Shown: positions 26,430 to 34,597, counted from the stretch's first letter. The stretch is DNA of 45,903 bases from Candidatus Falkowbacteria bacterium LH_S3 (GCA_023659985.1 JAGXOH010000002.1:1-45903); one strand, 5' to 3'. Made by a program: numbers and translations. The notes: generated by a model not told the origin, from the sequence alone.

Positions 26430-26837
26430 TTAGGTAAGTGCGCCTCCGATAAAGGAAGTAATAGCATAGGCAGCTAAAACTATAATAAGGCCGATGATGG
26501 CTGATATTATTAAATTTTTAGCTTTACTGATTTGGGTCTCATTGCCGGCAGCTGTCATCCAGGTGATACCTCCGTAAATTATTAATACAAAAAATAATAT
26601 TCCGATAAAAGATAAGGCTGCACCCACTACGGTTCCTATTATATCAGGCACCTCCTGGTTTTTAAAGTGAGCAAGATCTCCGAAAGCTTTTTGGGCTGCC
26701 TTGTCCAAGCCGTGATTTTCGTTTCCACCGTCTTTAGCACTTTCTTGAGCTTTTGATATTAAAGGAGAAAAGCTAAAAATTACCGCAAATAAAGGTAGGA
26801 GCGATTTTATTTTTTTAACAAAATAATCCGTGTTCAT
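26430..26837 (-). CDS. VirB2/TrbC-like pilin paralogue 2
   Basis: ALSFIGILFFVLIIYGGITWMTAAGNETQISKAKNLIISAIIGLIIVLAAYAITSF. Confidence 0.7.
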   Translation of the reverse strand: MNTDYFVKKIKSLLPLFAVIFSFSPLISKAQESAKDGGNENHGLDKAAQKAFGDLAHFKNQEVPDIIGTVVGAALSFIGILFFVLIIYGGITWMTAAGNETQISKAKNLIISAIIGLIIVLAAYAITSFIGGALT

Positions 26838-26850
26838 ACTATGTTTTTAT

Positions 26851-26916
26851 CAGCTCTTTTCACTGCCGGAACAGGTAAAATTTATCTGCTCAGGCAGTGA
26901 AGCCTTGTTTTCCCCC
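26851..26916 (-). other. Two adjacent strong stem-loops in the 131-nt spacer between pilin paralogues 1 and 2
   Basis: cactgcc...ggcagtg (26851-26889, extendable) and the perfect 10-bp stem gtgaagcctt/aaggcttcac (26887-26916). Neither strand has a following U-run. Confidence 0.5.
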
Positions 26917-26968
26917 AAGGCTTCACCAATTTTACTAACAGTAATTAGACTAGAGGTGATAGCATTCA

Positions 26969-27373
26969 TTAGGTGGTGGTAGCATTCATTAATTGACTGA
27001 GCACGAATTTGGCTATACCCCAGGCCGCTAAAATGATAACCAAGCCAACGACTCCGGCTATAATAATTTGTTTAGCTTCTCCAACTTTCTCGTCATTGCC
27101 GGCTGCTGTCATCCATTTAAACCCTCCGATTAAAATGATAACAACCGCTAAGATAGCCAAAAAACCTAAGGCAATATTGATAATACTGGCGATAATATCT
27201 CTGGGATCCCTTTCACCCAATTCGGTTGCTTCTCCATAGGGCATACCGACATCATTCTCGTTTAGGGCCAGTGCCTCCGGAGTTTGTCCTGTCGGTATAG
27301 TGGCTAATACCGGAGTGATAATCAGCAAAGCCATTGCTAAGCCTATTAGTTTTTTTACCATTTTTTCTTTCAT
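26969..27373 (-). CDS. VirB2/TrbC-like pilin paralogue 1 (first gene of the array)
   Basis: ALGFLAILAVVIILIGGFKWMTAAGNDEKVGEAKQIIIAGVVGLVIILAAWGIAKF. Confidence 0.7.
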   Translation of the reverse strand: MKEKMVKKLIGLAMALLIITPVLATIPTGQTPEALALNENDVGMPYGEATELGERDPRDIIASIINIALGFLAILAVVIILIGGFKWMTAAGNDEKVGEAKQIIIAGVVGLVIILAAWGIAKFVLSQLMNATTT

Positions 27374-27557
27374 AATGTTTTTAAATTTACCCCTTAGCCG
27401 AGTATTTTACTCGAGAGAGATTAATTTTTATTATAATTTATTATATTAAAGAAAATAACTTTTATATATTTTAACATATTATATCATCTATCACAATATC
27501 ACACAATTTGATAAAATATTTACATATTCTTAATTTGCGTTAAATATTTTATTTGAT

Positions 27558-29192
27558 ATGAAAAGTCGGATAAACAATTTTTTTTCTACATTCTTTATTC
27601 TTTTTTGGATATTTCTTTTTGTTTTATTGCTTTACAATTCTTTTAGTTATTTGGATCCGGATTTTGGTTGGCATTTACGTGCCGGTCAATATGCGATTAA
27701 CAACCAAAAAGCTCCCATAGTCAATCAGTATAATTATACTTTAGCTGGAGAAGAATGGGTTAATCATGAGTGGCTTATAGATGCTTGGACTTATTTATTA
27801 TATAACAATATCGGCTATATCGGAATTAATGTTTTTTTTGCTTTATTGGTGGTTGTGGTTTTATTCCTTGTTTATAATTTTACAAAGTGGTCAAACAACA
27901 ATAATGAAGGTAGTGAAATACTTATGATGATATTAATGCTTTTGGGAGTGGTGGCTATGCTTCCGCATTTAGGGGTGAGAATGCAAGAAGTTACGCTTTT
28001 GGGTTTGTTTTTGTTATTGTTCTTGTTATATAAATTTGAACAAACAAAAAAATTAAAAATATTATTATGGCTTATCCCTTTGTTTTTCTTATGGGCAAAT
28101 ATTCATGCCGGTTTTTTGATCGGCTTGTTTTTAATGTTCTCTTATGGGGTGATTAAAGCAGTGGAATTACTATTATTTAATAAGGACAAGGATAAATGGC
28201 ATTTTATTGATTTTAAAAATGTTTTGAAGGCTGAGATGATTATTAAGTATTTTATAGTAGCGTTTTTGGGATGGTTGGTGACTTTGTTTACCCCTTACGG
28301 GTGGAAGCTTTATGAGTTTTTAAGCGGATATACTAATTCTTTTTATTTAACCCATATCAATGAATGGTTGCCTCAATATTTTCTCCCCCTACGTTATGGA
28401 CAGATTTTTTATTTAGCTGTGGTGGTTGCTATTTTATTTTTATTTTTTATTCACGCTTTGTCCACAAAGGAAAAAAAATATAAGATTAATTTATGGCAAA
28501 TTTTTTTGGTGGTATTATTTACTGCTTTGGCTTACAAATCTAGGCGGCACTTTCCCTTGCTTTTTATCGTGTCTTTTCCTTTTGTAATTAATTTTTGTTT
28601 GGTTTTCTTTGATTTACGTACCAATGTTTTGAAAACACGGATATCTAAACCGCTAAAGATATTTTTATTAACGGTTATTATTTTATCTTCGGCTCAGGTG
28701 GTGTTGGCTACAAACTTTAGCACAAAACCTTTTTCAAATTATTGTTCTGAATATCCTTGCCAAGCTGTTTCTTTTCTAAAGCAAAAACGCGATCTTCACA
28801 ACTTAAAAATGTTTAATTATTATGGATGGGGAGGTTATTTGATTTGGACATATCCCCAAGGACGTTTGTTTATTGACGGCAGGTTGCCTCAGTACCAAAT
28901 AAATAATAGTACAATGCTTGAAGAATATTATAAGTTTTTTAAAGAAAATATGGCCAAAACAATGTTGGATAAATACGATGTGGATATAGTATTATTTAAA
29001 AAGAGTTCAAAAGATGTTAAATATGATTGGTTTGAAAGGTTTGTTTTTCTTATTAACAAAAGAGAAGTGGCTAATAAAAATAATAAATTATTGGATTTTT
29101 TGCGCGCTAACAATAAATGGGAGAATATTTTTGAAAATGAGCTTTCTTTGGTGTTTATCAAGAAGCAAGTAAAAACGATTGCCGACTACTAA
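27558..29192 (+). CDS. Large polytopic membrane protein, possible GT-C-type glycosyltransferase
   Basis: 544 aa with about 12 hydrophobic helices. An acidic/aromatic first extracytoplasmic loop (LDPDFGWHLRAGQ ... WVNHEWL) and a soluble C-terminal domain. The functional call is tentative. Confidence 0.45.
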   Translation: MKSRINNFFSTFFILFWIFLFVLLLYNSFSYLDPDFGWHLRAGQYAINNQKAPIVNQYNYTLAGEEWVNHEWLIDAWTYLLYNNIGYIGINVFFALLVVVVLFLVYNFTKWSNNNNEGSEILMMILMLLGVVAMLPHLGVRMQEVTLLGLFLLLFLLYKFEQTKKLKILLWLIPLFFLWANIHAGFLIGLFLMFSYGVIKAVELLLFNKDKDKWHFIDFKNVLKAEMIIKYFIVAFLGWLVTLFTPYGWKLYEFLSGYTNSFYLTHINEWLPQYFLPLRYGQIFYLAVVVAILFLFFIHALSTKEKKYKINLWQIFLVVLFTALAYKSRRHFPLLFIVSFPFVINFCLVFFDLRTNVLKTRISKPLKIFLLTVIILSSAQVVLATNFSTKPFSNYCSEYPCQAVSFLKQKRDLHNLKMFNYYGWGGYLIWTYPQGRLFIDGRLPQYQINNSTMLEEYYKFFKENMAKTMLDKYDVDIVLFKKSSKDVKYDWFERFVFLINKREVANKNNKLLDFLRANNKWENIFENELSLVFIKKQVKTIADY

Positions 29193-29221
29193 AAAATCAA
29201 TAAAGCGCCGTAGATCGTTTA

Positions 29222-29974
29222 TTGTTTTATATTTATAATTTTATGTTTGTTGAATTTTGCATTCCAGTTTATAATGAAGAACAACTATTAAAAGATAATA
29301 TTTTAAAACTTTTACGATTTTGTCAGGCGCAAAAATATATTTTTGATTGGCAGATAGTAATTATAGTTAATGGTTCTACTGACAATTCTTTGTCTATAGC
29401 TCGGTCCTTAGCTAACAGAGAGGACAAAAAAATTAAATATGTAAAGATAGAAAAACCTGGCAGAGGAAGAGCTATAAAAGAATATATTAAGCAAAGCCAA
29501 GCCGAGATTGTGGTTTATATGGATATTGATTTGGCTGTTTCGTTAAAGAACATTAAAGACGTTCTCACCCCCTTGCTTAGAAAAGAATATCATTTAGTGA
29601 TCGGCTCCAGGCTTTTGCCAGGGTCTAGCATAAAAAGAAGCTTTCTAAGAGAGTTGAGTTCCAGAATATACAATGTTTTTGCCAGCCAGATATTAAAAGA
29701 TGGAATTAAAGATCATCAGTGTGGTTTTAAAGCTGTAAGATTAAACGTTTTTAAAAATGTGGACAACCGTCTTTTAGACAATGATTGGTTTTTTGATACA
29801 GAATTAATAGCTGTTTTTGTTTTGCAAGGATATAGGGTTAAAGAAGTCCCGATTAATTGGAAGGAAAATCGGTATGATAAAAGAAAAAGTAAAGTTAATC
29901 TTTTTAATGACAGCATAAAGTTTATAATAAAATTATTGCAACTTAAAACCAGGATAAAAAAAGAAAAATTTTAA
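29222..29974 (+). CDS. GT2-family glycosyltransferase (polyprenyl-phosphate sugar synthase-like)
   Basis: CIPVYNEEQLL, VIIVNGSTDNS, VVYMDIDLA (DxD) and HQCGFKA. The likely true start is the Met at MFVEF. Confidence 0.85.
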   Translation: MFYIYNFMFVEFCIPVYNEEQLLKDNILKLLRFCQAQKYIFDWQIVIIVNGSTDNSLSIARSLANREDKKIKYVKIEKPGRGRAIKEYIKQSQAEIVVYMDIDLAVSLKNIKDVLTPLLRKEYHLVIGSRLLPGSSIKRSFLRELSSRIYNVFASQILKDGIKDHQCGFKAVRLNVFKNVDNRLLDNDWFFDTELIAVFVLQGYRVKEVPINWKENRYDKRKSKVNLFNDSIKFIIKLLQLKTRIKKEKF

Positions 29975-30007
29975 AAAAGGAAATTGTATTGACTGGCTGG
30001 CCAAGTC

Positions 30008-31459
30008 GTGATATTTTTAAGGTCGCTTTTAAAATGGGCAAGAAAGATCAGTATTGGTATGAAAATTAAAAAATTTTTAGTTAATTTCTTGATTTTTTTA
30101 TTTAAGACTTTGGCAATAGTAAAAAATATATTTGTCGCTATTTTTTATATTGTCGGCAAGCCTTTTTATGTATTTTTCAGAATAATTTTTTATAAGTTTT
30201 TGGTTAAAATTTATTGCTCTTATATTTCAATTTTAAAGAAAATAGGTTGGTATAAGTTTAAAGGAAATTTTATTTCTTTTTTAATAAATTATAGAACAGT
30301 CCATTTTGTGGTTGTCGGATTAACTTTGGTAATGGTCCTTATGAATTTAATTACTGACACTCAAATGGTCAGTGCTTCTGAACAAGCTCAGAAAACAATG
30401 ATGTCCAAATTAATATCTAGCGAATTTGGTGATAATGGCAGAGAAGAGGAGTTAACAGAGAAAACAGTGGTAGATAGTTCCCTTAATTATAATATTGATC
30501 AAAGATATTTGAATGATAGGGCTGTCTTGAAAAATCAAGGAGGTGTGGATATTGAAGCTGACCAACAATCCCAGGTTAACGAATTTGCCGGTCAAATGAT
30601 TCCGGAACAAGGAGTAATAGCCAATTCTGAAATACCGCCTTCTGATTCTGATCGAGATTTTGAACAACAACAAACAGAAAGGGATGAAGTGATAATTTAT
30701 ACAGTAAAGTCTGGGGATACGATAAGCACCATTGCTTCAAATTTCGGAATCAGTGTTAATACGATTTTATGGGAGAATAATTTAAGCGCTTATGATTTAA
30801 TTAGGCCAGGGGATGATCTTAGAATATTGCCTACTAGCGGTGTTATTCATAAAATTTCAAGTGGAGAAACTCTAAGCTATGTATCTAACAAATATGATAT
30901 ATCCGAAGATAAAATAGTTAAAGCTAACAATATAAAAGAAGCCGGTTCTTTGCAAATAGGACAAGAATTGATAATTCCAGGAGGAGAAAAGACCACCACC
31001 AAAGATAGTTCCGGGACAACTGCGAGTCAAGAAAAAAGTAATCGAGGTATTTCTGTTCTTTCTGATATAGTAAAATCGAATGATAAAAAGCAAGTTGCCA
31101 GCAACAAAATGGCTTGGCCCACTCAGGGGCATCGTATAACCCAATATTATTCTTGGCGCCATCATGGCTTGGATATAGCCAATAATGTAGGGACACCGAT
31201 TTACAGTTCAGATGCCGGTACGGTTCAATATGTGGGATGGAGTAATGGATATGGAAATAATATTATAGTTAACCATGGTGGAGGTAAGCAAACAAGATAC
31301 GCTCATTTGTCTAAATTTTATTGCAGTAAGGGAGATAGGGTTGCCAAAGGAGAAAACATCGGAGCTATGGGTAGTACTGGTTGGTCTACTGGACCCCATG
31401 TTCACTTTGAGGTTATAATAAATGGCAAAAGGTATAATCCTTTAAATTATATAAGATAG
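30008..31459 (+). CDS. Membrane-anchored LysM-domain M23 peptidoglycan metalloendopeptidase
   Basis: Two LysM repeats (YTVKSGDTISTIASNFGISVNTILWENNL; HKISSGETLSYVSNKYDISEDKIVKANNI). M23 motifs HHGLDIA and GSTGWSTGPHVHFEV. Confidence 0.9.
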   Translation: MIFLRSLLKWARKISIGMKIKKFLVNFLIFLFKTLAIVKNIFVAIFYIVGKPFYVFFRIIFYKFLVKIYCSYISILKKIGWYKFKGNFISFLINYRTVHFVVVGLTLVMVLMNLITDTQMVSASEQAQKTMMSKLISSEFGDNGREEELTEKTVVDSSLNYNIDQRYLNDRAVLKNQGGVDIEADQQSQVNEFAGQMIPEQGVIANSEIPPSDSDRDFEQQQTERDEVIIYTVKSGDTISTIASNFGISVNTILWENNLSAYDLIRPGDDLRILPTSGVIHKISSGETLSYVSNKYDISEDKIVKANNIKEAGSLQIGQELIIPGGEKTTTKDSSGTTASQEKSNRGISVLSDIVKSNDKKQVASNKMAWPTQGHRITQYYSWRHHGLDIANNVGTPIYSSDAGTVQYVGWSNGYGNNIIVNHGGGKQTRYAHLSKFYCSKGDRVAKGENIGAMGSTGWSTGPHVHFEVIINGKRYNPLNYIR

Positions 31460-31641
31460 AAGCTTTGAAAATCTTTTTTAGAAAAAGGTTTTCGTGTCAA
31501 CAGTTTTTTCAAAAACCTTTGATTGATTTGAATAAATATTATTTTGTTACCTTGTTGTTCTATTGCTCCATTGTTATTTTTTGGAAGCAAGCTAAGAATC
31601 CTTAGGATCAGAACAATGCGGTAATGCGGTAATAGAATTTT

Positions 31642-31881
31642 ATGAAGATAATTATCGGAGCAATTGTTATCGTATCAGGCGTTTTTCTTGTTATTAAGTC
31701 TGAGGCTATGCTAAGAATTTTTGGTAGAATTTCCTTTTTTGAAAAACATTTGGGATCAGAAGGTGGCTCCAGATTAGGGTATAAAGTCATAGGCTTTTTA
31801 GGAATTGTAATTGGATTATTGGTTATGACCAATTCTCTCAGAGGGATTATCAGAGCTATTTTCTCTTCTGTGTTCGGATAG
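31642..31881 (+). CDS. Hypothetical small two-TM membrane protein
   Basis: 79-aa ORF with two hydrophobic helices. No family recognised. Confidence 0.4.
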   Translation: MKIIIGAIVIVSGVFLVIKSEAMLRIFGRISFFEKHLGSEGGSRLGYKVIGFLGIVIGLLVMTNSLRGIIRAIFSSVFG

Positions 31882-31979
31882 CCGTTTATATAGTAATAAG
31901 TGGTTTGTATTTAGAGAATATTTTAGTTAATGTAGTGTATGTAGTGGATAATGCAAGACAAGAGATTAATTTTTAAAAT

Positions 31980-32056
31980 GGGCCGTTAGCTCAGTTGGCT
32001 AGAGCACCTGCTTTGCACGCAGGAGGTCAAGGGTTCGAGCCCCTTACGGTCCACCA
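31980..32056 (+). tRNA. tRNA-Ala(TGC), CCA encoded
   Basis: Acceptor GGGCCGT/ACGGTCC with G3:U70. Anticodon stem CCTGC/GCAGG with loop TTTGCAC. T-arm AGGGTTCGAGCCCCT. Confidence 0.9.
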
Positions 32057-32101
32057 ATCGCAATTTTCGCCGTTTTGGGAAAGGATTGTCTCATGGTTTT
32101 G
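32051..32101 (+). repeat. Direct repeat copy 1 (last 6 nt of tRNA-Ala plus 45 nt of 3' flank)
   Basis: ccaccaatcgcaattttcgccgttttgggaaaggattgtctcatggttttg. Copy 2 at 33787-33837 differs at 2 of 51 positions by hand alignment. Confidence 0.85.
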
Positions 32102-32215
32102 AGCTTTAAGCTTTGACATTTAAACTTTGAAATCCAAAATCCAAAATCCTAATGCCAAATGAAATCCAAAATCCAAATGTTGTCAAACTTAAAGGCTGAA
32201 TTAACGCTTGAAATG
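32102..32215. repeat. Short copy of the low-complexity palindromic repeat family
   Basis: agctttaagctttgacatttaaactttg followed by aaatccaaaatccaaaatcctaatgccaaatgaaatccaaaatccaaatgttgtcaaacttaaag. The final 27 nt (32168-32194) are repeated at 33877-33903. Confidence 0.7.
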
Positions 32216-32268
32216 CAACATACCTGTGGTATAAATAGTTTATTAACAATTAACCATATATCACGGGT

Positions 32269-32994
32269 ATGTATAAACATATTAAACAAAATGATCGTGT
32301 TTGTATAGCTCTAATGTTAAGACAAGCACACACAAAAACACAAATAGGTAAAGAATTGGGTTTTGATAGAAGTACAATCTCAAGAGAGATAAAGAGAAAT
32401 AGTAAAGGTAAAGATAGAATATATAAAGTTTCTTGGGCCAACAAACAAGCCAAAGATAGAAGGAAATTATCTAAAGTTAATTATCGAATAATTGATAACG
32501 ATTTAAAACTTCAACTTTCGAAAGAAGAAATAATCTCATTGATTTATGAGTATCGAAAAGCGAGCAGGGGCTGGCTTCGTTTGTATCCAGGAGTTTTCGA
32601 TGTCCTTTCAAGGCTTTCGAAAGAATATATATTGTCAACAGCAAGCCATACGCAAGGTTGTTTTACACAAATAGAATTGCAAGAGATGGATATTGAGCAA
32701 TTTTTCTCTCACTTTATATACACTTCGGATATCGGATTCCGTAAAGAGTCTGTTGATTTTTATAAAAGCGCTCTAGAAATTGTCGGAAAAAAGCCAACAG
32801 ATTGTTGGATGATTGGAGATAATTACGATGTGGATGTGCTCGTTCCGCAATCGTTAGGAATAAAAGCGGTTTGGTTAAAAAATCCCGCCACGAGCGATAG
32901 ATACGCCGAATATATTAAGGGGCGAAAACCGCAAAATAGTATTGACCTTGAGAATATTAGAGAGCTACCGGATTTAATTGACTCCATAGTATAA
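32269..32994 (+). pseudogene. Chimeric ORF: IS30-family transposase N-terminal HTH fused to the C-terminal part of a HAD-superfamily hydrolase
   Basis: Residues 1 to about 83 (IALMLRQAHTKTQIGKELGFDRSTISREIKRNSKG...WANKQAKDRRK) match the IS30 transposase N-terminus and resemble the IS30-like N-terminus at 45550. The remainder (YILSTASHT..., GFRKES, WMIGDNYDVDV) carries HAD motifs II-IV but no motif I DxD. Confidence 0.6.
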
Positions 32995-33026
32995 TTAATT
33001 TACCGACAATGGGAATATAAAATAAA

Positions 33027-33614
33027 ATGATTGATTTCAAAAATATAAAAGCAATTGCGTTCGACTTCTGGGGAGTATTTGCCGAAATGAATCCACCCAT
33101 GTACGAATATATGAAGCAACACAACATTTTACTGGAGAAATATTCGGAAAAAATTCACGAGCTTATTGTAGCGTATGACCTTAACAATCTTACCGAACAA
33201 CAGTTCCTGAAAGAATGTTCGAAAATAATAGGACTTGAAATTCCATATCCATTATGCCGTTATATATATCATGAAGACGTTTTGAACGAAAATTTAATCG
33301 CCGTTGTTAAAAAATTAAAAGAAAGATTTAAGATTGCTCTATTGTCAAATAACAACAAAGAATATTGCGAGGAGTATTTGTTTCGGCCTGGGCTCGATAA
33401 GTTTTTTGATATTATGGTTATTTCATACCAAGTTGGCTATCGCAAGCCGGCTCCGGAAATTTATCAGATTTTAATCAAAAAGCTAAATCTAAGACCAGAA
33501 GAAATTTTATTCGTTGATGACGACCCAACGAAACTTCCAGCTGCGGAGGCACAAGGAATTAAAACGCTTGTTTACAAATGCGGAGAAACAGATAGAATAT
33601 TGTTGAGTTTGTAA
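33027..33614 (+). CDS. HAD-superfamily hydrolase (subfamily IA-like)
   Basis: Motif I-like AIAFDFWGVF (second Asp replaced by Trp), motif II ALLSNN, motif III GYRKP, and motif IV LFVDDD. Confidence 0.8.
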   Translation: MIDFKNIKAIAFDFWGVFAEMNPPMYEYMKQHNILLEKYSEKIHELIVAYDLNNLTEQQFLKECSKIIGLEIPYPLCRYIYHEDVLNENLIAVVKKLKERFKIALLSNNNKEYCEEYLFRPGLDKFFDIMVISYQVGYRKPAPEIYQILIKKLNLRPEEILFVDDDPTKLPAAEAQGIKTLVYKCGETDRILLSL

Positions 33615-33786
33615 CGGCGCGCCCGCGAAGCGGGTCGAAAGCGAGGGCGGGCAAAAATTCCTTCCCCTCAACCCCCTTCCTTTTTGTCCGCCCGAGCGTT
33701 CAGTTTCGGTTCTGCCGTCCCGCCAAAGGCAGGAGCAATCAGTCGGGATTTTGTTCAAAATGAGTTCTGACTTTTTCCAACAAACA

Positions 33787-33837
33787 CCACCAATCGCAAT
33801 TTTCGCCGTTTTGGGAAAGGATTGCCTCGTGGTTTTG
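33787..33837 (+). repeat. Direct repeat copy 2 of the tRNA-Ala 3' end/flank
   Basis: ccaccaatcgcaattttcgccgttttgggaaaggattgcctcgtggttttg. Confidence 0.85.
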
Positions 33838-33873
33838 CCGCTCGGCATTCGGTCTTTACGCCTTGCGCAAAGC

Positions 33874-34173
33874 CATAAAATCCAAATGTTGTCAAACTTA
33901 AAGCTTAAAATTAAAAGCTAAAAATTACAACTTAAATCTTAAAATTAAAAGTTCAAATACTTAATAAAATCCTAATGTCAAATGTCAAAGCTCAAATGTC
34001 AAATGAAGATCAAATGACTAAATGTCATATTTAATGTCAAAACTTAAAGCTAAAAACTAAAAACTACAACTCAAAACTTAAAATTTCTTACTTCTTACTT
34101 CTTACTTTTTATCTCTTATTTCTTAACAATGTTTTAATTCAGTTTTAAATTTTGACTTTTGGTTTTGCGTTTT
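33874..34173. repeat. Full copy of the long palindromic low-complexity repeat (A-rich arm, TCTTAC centre, short T-rich arm)
   Basis: aaaatccaaatgttgtcaaacttaaagcttaaaattaaaagc ... aaaacttaaagctaaaaactaaaaactacaactcaaaac, then tttcttacttcttacttcttactttttatctcttatttcttaacaatgttttaattca, then gttttaaattttgacttttggttttgcgttttg. Confidence 0.85.
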
Positions 34174-34280
34174 GAACGGCGATTCCCTTTCCCCTTGAGT
34201 CCCTTTTCCTCGCCGCAGCCGCCTTCGCATTGCTCGCCCCGCCATTCGGCGGGGCTCGCTCTTTTTCAAAAAATTCCTTC
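34174..34280 (+). repeat. GC-rich inverted repeat, left copy (IR-L), bounding the hydrogenase cassette
   Basis: gaacggcgattccctttccccttgagtccc...gccccgccattcggcggggc...ctttttcaaaaaattccttc. Its reverse complement matches 37972-38078 with about 5 mismatches in 107 nt by hand alignment. It contains a terminator-like hairpin at 34236-34255 followed by a T-run. Confidence 0.9.
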
Positions 34281-34360
34281 AGGGATTTCTTAATCTATTT
34301 ACTATTTCTTCATTTTTTAATATACTCTAAGAAATAGAGTAAATATTTATTAACTTTTAT

Positions 34361-34597
34361 ATGTGTATTAATATTCCGGGTAAAGTTATTTTAATAAAAG
34401 AGGAAAATGCCAAAATAAAACAAAGGGGGCATTTTCATTGGGTAGACATCTCTTCACTTAAAGATGAGGTTAAAAAAGGAGATTATTTGCTTACTTATCA
34501 AGAGGCAGCAATTAACAAAATCTCTCCAAAAAATGCCAAGGAGATTTTAAGACTAATGGACAGCACAAGTGATGCAGGGGTCAAATGCTCTAATTAA
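34361..34597 (+). CDS. hypC: HypC/HupF-like hydrogenase maturation chaperone
   Basis: N-terminal MCINIPGKV (HypC signature MC[LI]xxPG with Cys2) and C-terminal GDYLLTYQEAAINKISPKNAKEIL (GDxVLVHxGxAI..I-like). The 3' end overlaps the convergent hydrogenase gene by 45 nt. Confidence 0.7.
   Translation: MCINIPGKVILIKEENAKIKQRGHFHWVDISSLKDEVKKGDYLLTYQEAAINKISPKNAKEILRLMDSTSDAGVKCSN

Noticed and set aside
30872-31405. Three minus-strand ORFs (65-97 aa) inside the LysM-M23 peptidase gene.
   Set aside because: They are antisense to a gene with unambiguous LysM and M23 motifs and have no independent support.
31943-31951. AGTGGATAA, a one-mismatch DnaA box upstream of tRNA-Ala(TGC).
   Set aside because: It is a single degenerate occurrence in AT-rich DNA and is expected by chance.
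33507-33848. A 113-aa minus-strand ORF overlapping the HAD gene end, the GC-rich tract and the duplicated tRNA flank.
   Set aside because: It spans repeat and flank DNA and overlaps a well-supported gene. It has no recognisable motifs and is most likely spurious.
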